Below, piece by piece: positions 54,201 to 64,000 of a DNA stretch of 64,000 nt. The notes below the pieces were generated by a model, which saw only the letters and a list, made by a program, of their open reading frames with translations, was not told where the DNA came from and ran no database searches. Source of the DNA: Octopus vulgaris (taxonomy: Eukaryota); contig OX597814.1 of NCBI GenBank assembly GCA_951406725.2, positions 210,180,001 through 210,244,000 of the forward strand. The letters run 5' to 3'. The number at the start of each line of letters is the position of its first letter. The stretch's first letter is position 1. The translations under genes and the position numbers were made by a program.

Positions 54201-55531
54201 CACAAATCTTGAACATATACCGTTAGGCATGCCTTCCAACTCTCTAAAAATCAGGTCACATATTCCGGAAACTTACTGTTTTATCAAAAACAAAAGGGTG
54301 AAGACGAAGTTGAACTCAGAGCAATAGGAACTCGGGATGCAGAGTATAAAAGGCAGACAATTCAGCATTCAAGCAACTTTGATAATATTGCGCCCAAGAA
54401 AAGTAATAAGCACCAGACAGGATATATTTCATTAAATCTACATGGTCTTCGAATAAATTAACTGAGATAGAGATGAAGTAACAGAGACAGGTAGCATGAC
54501 GACAGCTTGTTGGTATTATTCTAATCTCAGATTGAAGAGAGAAAGAGAACTCAAGAAAAGAGAGGGAGAGAGACAGGGAGAGAGAGTAAGAAAGAACGAA
54601 CGAAAGCAAGAGAGAGAAAGAAGGAAGAAAAGTTAATCTTATCGAGCAAAGGGGGAGTAACTTATGTTAGTGTAATGAAGGTGAGAAATAGAGTGAAGAT
54701 AGCATATTTTCCTATGGAGAGTAAAAATAAAGAGAAGACGAAACCATAAGACAGAGTACAGAAATGCATATATTTACATTTGAATTATACATATAAGAAC
54801 GGGGTTTTAGTTATTCATTAAGCGAGATACAATATAGTTTTTACAAGCTTAACTTGACAAAGTAACTGTTAATGGCTTTGATACTTTTGCTGTTCCAGAA
54901 AATGATAGGAGATTAACTGAAGAAACTCCCATACCATGTTTGCCTTAAGAACTAGATTAAATACTAGACTGCACCAGGAGAGATTCGTTTTATTATTTGT
55001 ATGTTTCAAAGTAATCCTTTTAGGCATGTATTTTAGTTTCCCAGCAAAGCGGACAATCTTTTCAATTTTTAATCAAGCGTCTCTTTCCTATCTTTCAATC
55101 AGTTTGCTTATACATATTTCATTCTTTTTTTCTTCAAATGTGTATATGGAAAAACAAACAAACAAAAAGCAAAAGCAGACGACCGTGTATACTGCGAGAA
55201 TTTTAACGGTAGTCTCCCTTTAAATTGTTGTTACATATAAATTATATTATTGCAAATATGCATACACACACACAGACACAAACAACAACAACATAACGCG
55301 GAGTAGACGAAACAGGGACAACTGAAGAAGGGGAATATTCCTTATGTTGTATGTCTTGTTTCCATGTTTTTTTCGTTTCCATGTTTTTGTTTTTATGTTT
55401 TCGTTTCTCGTTGTGTTCAACGATTTTTTTTTTGTGTCCTGTACCCATATATGCATGTATATATACATATAGATGTAGGTATGTACATATATGTATGTAT
55501 ATATGCACATGTTTATATATTATTTATGTTA

Positions 55532-55708
55532 TGTGTGGTAAGTAGCCTGCTTACCAACCACACGGTTCCGGGTTCAGTCCCACTACGTGGCACCTTGGGA
55601 AAGTGTCTTCTACTATAGCCTCGGGCCGACCAAAGCCTTGTGAGTGGATTTGGTAGACGGAAACTGAAAGAAGCCTGTCGTATATATATGTATATAGAAG
55701 CCTGTCAT

Positions 55709-55752
<44 letters not shown>

Positions 55753-55982
55753 GTATATATATGTGTGTGTGTGTTTGTGTGTCTAAGTTTGTCCCCCCAA
55801 CATCGCTTGACAACCGATGCTGGTATGTGTACGTCCCCGTTACCTAGCGGTTCGGCAAAAGTGACTGATAGAATAAGTACTAGGCTTACAAAGAATAAGA
55901 CCTGTGGTCGAATTGCTCGACTAAAAGGCTGTGCTCCAGCATGGCCACAGTCAAATGACTGAAACAAGTAAAAGAGAGTAAA
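55532..55982 (+). mobile_element. CORE-type tRNA-SINE
   Basis: Family match; has an internal duplication of GAAGCCTGTC. Confidence 0.9.
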
Positions 55983-56356
55983 ATATATATATATATATAT
56001 ATATTCAAAAAGCAATAAAGATTCAAGTTAATTTAAATGAATTTACTTGAATATGGTACCTAACTTAGATGCACCAAAACAAACTATACGGTTTTAAAAA
56101 TACAGTAATGTGGGGTGATTATAAGCGAGAAAAAAGCAACAAGAATGGATAGGTTTTTAGTACAATCGTTTCATACAAGGACAGGCTTTATTAAAAGTTG
56201 CAAAAATTGCAGCATATAAACGTGTCCCGTACTCATCAGCTAAAATACTTGTGAGTTCTCTAGACATCCTATTGGTTGAGGCTATACTCATGAAGTAATG
56301 TAGATAATTAAGTAACATAAACAGATTTCCAAAGTTCATTAAAGTTCTTTAATATA

Positions 56357-56401
<45 letters not shown>

Positions 56402-56761
56402 ATGCATACATACTCGATCATATATTTGGATAGACATAATGCACTTGACTCCGTAATTGGATACATTTGAAATATTCATGTTTCTGTGTATGCATATACA
56501 TATATTGTTATACGAATTACGTTTGAAATAAATTTGAAATCAAGTGCATTTAAGCGATGTTTAGACTATATGTTGACAAAATCCAAAGAAAGGCCGGTAT
56601 TCCCCCGTTAACTGCTGCCCTAAATCGCAAAGCGCTTCACCAAACACAGCCTAAACTGTATTTAGAGGTATCAATATAATCTTTAATATATACATATATA
56701 CGTACATGCATAGAAACATACATATCTACATCCTTACATACATATATGTATACATACATAC

Positions 56762-56830
<69 letters not shown>

Positions 56831-56834
<4 letters not shown>

Positions 56835-56956
56835 ACTCTCTTTTACTTGTTTCAGTCATTTGACTGTGGCCATGCTGGAGCACAGCCTTTTAGTCGAGCA
56901 ATTCGACCCCAGGTCTTATTCTTTGTAAGCCTAGTACTTATTCTATCAGTTACTTT
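56831..56956 (-). mobile_element. Inverted partial copy of the 3' end of the 55532 SINE
   Basis: About 125 bp with 2 mismatches to the reverse complement of 55857-55982. Confidence 0.9.
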
Positions 56957-57623
56957 ATATATATATATATATATATATATTTACTCTGGATCTTGGATAT
57001 GGATTCGTATATATCTGTGATACATTCACATATTTGTTCGTGTATATGTATATATATATCTATTTAGACATATGTGTTCGTGTGTGTGATTGTATATAAT
57101 CATTTGAAATTAATAAATAAGAAAACGGTAAGGTGAATGTGATTTGTACAAAATCGAATTCGTTTTTTTTATTAAAAAATTAAATCTTTATACGATGAGG
57201 AATATAGATTTCATGAAATATTGGTGATATTGGATCTTGCATTGAATTCAATGTATTTGATTGAAAGGGAATATTGAACATACATGCCTTGAAGGTACAA
57301 ATGTGCATAAAAATATTAGAAATTTTGTGAATAGAAGCTTTTCCTCGGCAAAACAAATATCGTAGGCAAATTGATATTCTTTATGAGAGAGAGAGAGAGA
57401 GAGAGAGAAGATATGAAATGATTTACAAACGCTTTCAGAATTTATTATAATTATAAGTTGTTATGCGATAAGTGATATTGTTTAAATATGACGCTGAGAA
57501 TTGTATGCAATAAGAATAGTTTTACATGCATACATGCATACATACATACATACATTCATACATACATGCATATATATATATATATATATACATATATATA
57601 TACATATATATATACATACATAC

Positions 57624-57684
<61 letters not shown>

Positions 57685-58203
57685 TGCATTATTCCATAGA
57701 TACTACATCTGTATTAATATATATATGAAAGCAAGTATGAAGTTACTTTTTTTACATCATAATTGTCTGGACCTAGCTGATCTGAATGCAAAAGCATTCC
57801 TCAATAGTGTATCTAGAAGTACATTATATGCTATTTATTTCATTTTGTAAACAGTTCGAGCATTTGGTTTTCACTTCTAGATGTTTGATTGTATAGAGTT
57901 CTTTACCATCATGTATGTACACATGTGAAGTGTAACTGTCAACAAACGAACAATACGAAAGGCAAACGCAGAAAACAATAAATACACCTCGGATACAAAT
58001 TATACCAAGGAAAGATTCTGGGACATTATTAATAGCCGGATAAAATTTGACGAGAAGAAATATCAATGGTAATGTCATTTTATGTACGTGGTACGATTGC
58101 ATATTTAACAGTGCATTGAAATAGACAGACATAATATTACGATAGTGCGTACTTCAAATGTTTATTAAACAATAGAATATCATACTTTTTTCATTTACTA
58201 TCG

Positions 58204-58559
58204 TTTTACTCTTTTACTCTTTTACTTGTTTCAGTCATTTGACTGCGGCCATGCTGGAGCACCGCCATTAGTCGAGCAAATCGACCCCGGGACTTATTCT
58301 TTTGCCGACCCGCTAAGTGACGGGGACATAAACACACCAGCATCGGTTGTCAAGCAATGCTAGAAGGACAAACACAGACACACAAACACACACACATACA
58401 TATATACGACAGGTTTCTTTCAGTTTCCGTCTACCAAATCCACTCACAGGGCATTGGTCGGCCAGAGGCTATAGCAGATGACACTTGCCCAAGATGCCAC
58501 GCAGAGGGACTGAACCCAGAACCATGTGGTTGGTAGGCAAGCTACTTACCACACAGCCA
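58204..58559 (-). mobile_element. CORE-type tRNA-SINE
   Basis: Family match with a (CTTTTACT)n tail. Confidence 0.9.
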
Positions 58560-58875
58560 ACTGTATGGTACTACACTGATCACTGTAAATCGATATTTTT
58601 CATCGGGGAGGCACAATTATTTCACACTTTGAGGCTTTAAATATGTTATATCGCACTACTGCATAGGGGTTGTGTGTGCCACGAAATCCTCGTCACCACT
58701 GTTATATCGCAATACTCACACAGTGGCTGTGTGAGCTATCTTATCCTTGTCGCCACTGTTATATTGCACGTTCGAATGACTTCTCGACGTCTAGACTTCT
58801 CTCTCTATATCTATGTATTGGACTAGCCTACTTCATCGTCTGGGGGCGTCGACGCAAGAAAATATATAAACAGTT

Positions 58876-59103
58876 ACTCTAGCCGAGGAGAGACGGATTC
58901 AGTCAGCAGAACAGAAACGCCAGATGCGGAAAGCCAGAGCCACCTGCACCAATAGCACAGCCCCTACCCACTTCTGCCCCACCTGTGGGAGGGGCTTTCT
59001 TGCCCGGATTGGCCTCACCAGCCACCTCCGGTCTCATAGCAGCAATTCCACCAAATGATGTCAATGGTCATCTTCGAACCCGAAGGACGAACATTATTAT
59101 TAT
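58876..59103 (+). mobile_element. Young RTE/BovB-like LINE 3' end
   Basis: Uninterrupted LAEERRIQSAEQKRQMRKAR..HFCPTCGRGFLARIGLTSHLRSH..*(59056-58), a short 3'UTR GGTCATCTTCGAACCCGAAGGACGAAC and an (ATT)n tail. Confidence 0.88.
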
Positions 59104-59701
59104 GTTCCCATATTTTATACACCCCGCTTCGAATTGCTTCGTGCATCATGTTCCGACTGAGATAGTTTCCATATAGTTCCATGTAGTTTCCATGTATTTT
59201 ATTGTTTTGAATGACATTTAAATGTAGCTTGCTAATTCTGACATTCAGTCATATAATGCTACAAGAACAGTTGTTAAAACATGTATTGTGCTACGTTTGG
59301 TAACTAAAATACTGAAAATATAATTCTTAGAAAATCTATATAATCAATAAAAGAAGATAGAACGTTAGCTCAATTATCCTGAACAGTTCACTATCAAATG
59401 ATTAATAAATCCAATATGAAAATGCTAGCAGAGCAGAGGAGAAATATATTGCTTTACTGCTATGAATTTTTTATTTTGAGAGGAACATCAATGCAGATGT
59501 ACATTATAGAGATTGAAACAGGTTGCGAATGCAATTACTTAAGAAAACAAGGGAACATATGTTAAAAATGTTTTAAATTTTCAGAAATTGACTTACGTTT
59601 AACTGCAAGTATGCATCTACCGCCACACATTATTTTAAGGGAAATGAATTATAAATCTTAATTACAGTCTCATGAACATTAAAATGTATTTTGTATTAAG
59701 A

Positions 59702-59809
<108 letters not shown>

Positions 59810-59891
59810 CGTGTTCGTGTGTGTATGTGTATATATGTATATATATATATATATATGTATGTATGTGTATGTATGTATGTATGTATGTATG

Positions 59892-59948
<57 letters not shown>

Positions 59949-62900
59949 GTATGTATGTATTATCTGATAGAAAATATGAAACGTATAAACAGGCGTAGCG
60001 GTAATAGTTTACAAATAAATATAATTATGCTATACATATTTTGGGTTAACATATGACGCACGTGCAATTATTAAATCCTTTTTACTTTAATGACGGTAAT
60101 GATTGCTCCGAACAGAAGCAGAGAAATATAGATTTCTGACATTTTAAAAATAATATTGATTTCTAATAGATGCAAAGAAATATTTAAACAACACATTACT
60201 ATAATAACAGTAAAATCAACAGCTACAGCTAACGGAAATATAACATATGCGGTAAACAGGAAAAAATTAAATGCACGAAAGCAAATTGTAGCTAATCACA
60301 CTCTAAAAAAATACATTGAAAGATATTTGAACTAATGGATTTCCTTTATGCTTCTTGTTATTAAACCTGTAGTTATACCTGGATTCCACCTATAATCTAT
60401 AGTTTTAAGCAATTCGTATCAAATCACCCTTTTAATATATTTCTTCCTCGTGTTGAAATGCAATTTTTAACAGTTGGATTGTTATTTGTTAGACTTGATT
60501 TTGGGTTACGATATGACTCGTAACCAAATACATGCAAACAATTTGAGCATGGTGCATTTGTACTAAGTGTAATGTTGTTGCAACAAATATACACATGAGT
60601 GTCTGCATCAATTGTAAAATTCAATTTGGTTTCTTAATAAAATCTGACATCTCAGTGTATTGTTTTAGTTTCCTCTGTCTTCCTCAAATAAGAACGTACA
60701 ATCTGTAGAATGTCTAGCAAAACATTTGTGGCAGTAAATTGTGTCCGTTTACTTTCTAGGTTAAATCTCTGACTGTGATGTCTTTCCTTGTCATCTTTTG
60801 TACCTCGATAAAATAAGTAGCAATAATATACTGGTGAATAATCTACTCATTCGACACCTTTCCTATATATTTAAGACTTTTTATCCACCAACATATTCAT
60901 CTTACAACCATAATAAAAGGTTTATTTTCTCATATTTACAAGTTTTCTTGTATTTAACATATTTCACACTATTTATCAACAAATTTATTAATGTTATCAG
61001 CTTTTATTATTTTATTGCTTCAGAGAATATAAAGGAAAATATAGAGATAAAAGTTATTTTCAACAACTACAACTGTCAAACGTTTGAAAGTGTTATCATG
61101 TTTTGAGCATTTAAAATTGTAATTATTCATTATTCCTTGTTATTTTGAGAGACATAAACAGAAGTAAAGATGTACATTTGAACAATTTGATAAAAAGAAA
61201 AAAGGCAAACCACTTCTAGTTACCAAACTCACACTGACTAAACTACTTACAAATTACACTCTATTTGTATTTGTATATAAATGAAACAACACACACACAC
61301 ACACACACACAAAAATAAAGAATGGAAGTTAAATGTATACCTAAGAATTGATAGCTGCAATTTGGCAAAACTTAGATGTGCTAAGCTGTCTTCCGAAGAA
61401 TTTGAAACACATTCGGCGAAATGATTAGTAAGTTCCGGACAAAATTTCTATTACACAATAATGCTCATCCTTCATTGTAGACAATGCCGAAAGACATCAC
61501 ATGGCAGAAAAAGATGGGTCACGGTGCGTCCGCCTGTGTTTGGTCAGGCAGATGCTAGCTCAAAAGTTCCTGCCGCAGGTCGGGCTCTGGCGGTCTGCTG
61601 GGAATGAAGGCAAGAGATACACTGACAGCCGGATTTAGCCAAACAAGCGTGCGTTTGAGTAGTCAGTACTGACGAGCCTACGACTGATAGGTGAAACGAA
61701 TCTCTAGTGATTCTAGAGACGCACAAGGGTTGGTTATCTTCCATGCCAGTGTCTATATATTGCACGCTAATTGCAGCATTAAGAGTTTTTAACTCTTATT
61801 TCTTGCAATATAGGTGCTTCTGTACCCTCAGACACAATTGGTGATTCAGGGTACTGAAAAATGTAAATACAAATGCATTTATATATGTACGCACACACAC
61901 ACACACACAAACTCACACACCATACACGCACCCGAAACCTTTACGCAAACACACTTACACACACTTGGACACACACACACACACACACACACACTACATG
62001 CTACAAACACGCATACATACATACATACACGCACATACGACTGGCTCGCAGTAGTCCCCTCACGCCTGAGTAACCTTCTTTACTAATTCCAACCGTTTGA
62101 GCATGCCGTGACTTTGCATTAGACGCATTTATGTTCTCATGTTCCTATATATTTCTCTCGTGTTTTTATTCATTTAGAAGAGCGTATGCACGGAACGTGA
62201 AAGTTTCTTCTAATTTCATTTATTTCCTGAGTTTATATATGTAGTATTTATATATAGAAGAATTAGTAGTTTTTGACTGCTATTTCTAAATTTTCGGTAT
62301 GTGGTGAAGCAACTTTTTGCTAATCCCTTAAAATCAGTCAAAGCATAACGATAAATGTTCTTGACTTATGAACTCTATATCATGAGTTCAAATACTCAAA
62401 TCAGTATCGCGTCGTGTCATGAAACAAAAATTTTTTAGCATTAGTTTCTCTCCATTAAGCTGTAATAGATAACACGATGGTTCTAGTAAAGTTTTTACGC
62501 CACTCCAACATTAAAATCTTGGATGCTATACTGGATAAGATGAGGTGGAACGTGTGAGTATCTATGTCTCTTCGTGAATATATATACACTTAAAGCAAAT
62601 AGCAGAAGTGTAGTACAAACAATTCTTGCTTATGAGTTAATTACTTATGAAAAAATTCTTGAAAGTTCATGGTCAGGATGTGGCAGGGCCTTGCACTGTT
62701 GAAGCACGTCTCTGCATCTGCAATTTTTGGTATTTCCTACTCATGAAAATGACAACCTTGCACCACTCACACAACGACTCTTCAATCCAACCTTATTGTT
62801 GCTTTTATGGATTATAATATGAAGAATTGCAAATCCTGCTTTAACCTCTTTGAGTCACCTTCTACGACACGTTTTGTTTGTCTGCATTCAGTTTTTGACA

Positions 62901-63419
62901 TACTGAGTGCTCAAAAACGCACTCTTTCAAACACACGCATAAGTGCGCGTGCTCACGCACACACACACACGTTCATGTATACATGCATATGCACGTGCAC
63001 TTATATACATCCATTCATATCAATATGCCTGCATCAAATTTATTCTTTTCTGTGTATGTCTTTCAGTTAGTATGTCTGCCTGTCTCTGTATGTAAGTATT
63101 TATATATGGTTGCTATATATGTCTGTACTTATACATGAATAGGATTTCAACGAATAGCAGTGTATCTGAAATACAAAATTGTAAGCGTATCCATGAACCA
63201 TGGCCTTCTTAGAATGATAAGGATTATATTTTATAAATTCGCATTATAGAAAAGAATTCTAGTCATTACATTTGCTTCGTTAGTATTTGAATCTGAAATT
63301 TATGGAAACCTTACAATAGCGTATAATCTGAAAGATTCCCCCGGACACAGAGTATAGAACGCCGAAATATTTATCAGCTTCAATTGTTAGGAATAATTAG
63401 GTTCCGCTCTTGGAAAGTT

Positions 63420-63690
63420 ACCCACACAAGACAAACAGACAGACATAGATTATATGTATATATTTGTGTTTGGTTTTACGTATGTGTTGTATATGCCCTT
63501 TACCAATGCTGCACAACAGCTTTTCGTTTGTGCACGTACCTGTGACTTAGCGGTTTGGCATAAAATGATAGAATAAATACCAGATTTAAGAAAGTGAAAA
63601 GTGGAGGCGATGTGTTCGACTAAGACGATCAAGGATTTACACCAGCATGGCCGGAGGCCAATGACTAATCTGACTGAAAGATAAAGATTA
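63420..63690 (+). mobile_element. Old CORE-type SINE 3' half
   Basis: GACTTAGCGGTTTGGCA..GATAGAATAA..CCAGCATGGCC..ATGACT..GAAAGATAAAG. Confidence 0.65.
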
Positions 63691-64000
63691 TGTGTATATG
63701 TATACTTGTGTGTGGATGTATGTGTGTGAGTTTCTCTGTGTGTGTGTGTGTATGTGTGTGTGTATGTGTGTGCGTGCCTTTGTGCTTAAAAACTGGAATT
63801 TGAGCTCCCATAGAACTCACTGAAAACATTATATTTATCGAATTTATTTACAAATTTGTAGTTCATAGAGGCCATATTTTATTTGCATTCTGGCAGAAAT
63901 ACTTAGTGACTCCAGTCGAACAATTTTTAATCTCAAACATTCCCACTAAAACGGCTGTTTATATATAGAATGTTATTGTAAGTTGCAGCAGCACGAAAAT

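Noticed and set aside
63328-63372. Hammerhead-like CTGAAAGA...CGAAA
   Set aside because: Core spacing is wrong and there is no stem I or stem III complementarity.

Overview
AT-rich, repeat-dense eukaryotic genomic DNA. The repeat content (CORE-type and Meta-domain tRNA-SINEs, RTE, Penelope and R4/Dong fragments, abundant (TA)n/(CTAT)n) looks like an Octopus or other coleoid cephalopod genome; this is recognised from memory, not searched. Almost every ORF in the supplied track is a microsatellite or SINE artefact. The only convincing host coding sequence is an orphan 60-codon C-terminal exon of a FAAH-like amidase (32654-32835, +), followed by a ~1.6 kb putative 3'UTR and a poly(A) site; I found no upstream exons in the window. 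The rest is a graveyard of mobile elements: about 20 SINE copies from at least 4 families, RTE LINEs, an R4/Dong-type RLE element sitting in a (TAA)n array, Penelope-like elements, mariner remnants and a MITE, a probable Helitron, and very old LINEs. The most interesting signals are (i) type I hammerhead-ribozyme motifs in Penelope terminal repeats, best at 37006-37093; (ii) two long hairpins (24671-24834 and 50747-50820) and several inverted SINE pairs that could form dsRNA; (iii) an apparent (G)GTAT junction rule for one SINE family; and (iv) the orphan CpG-poor FAAH-like exon. I found no clear evidence of a wholly new multi-gene system.
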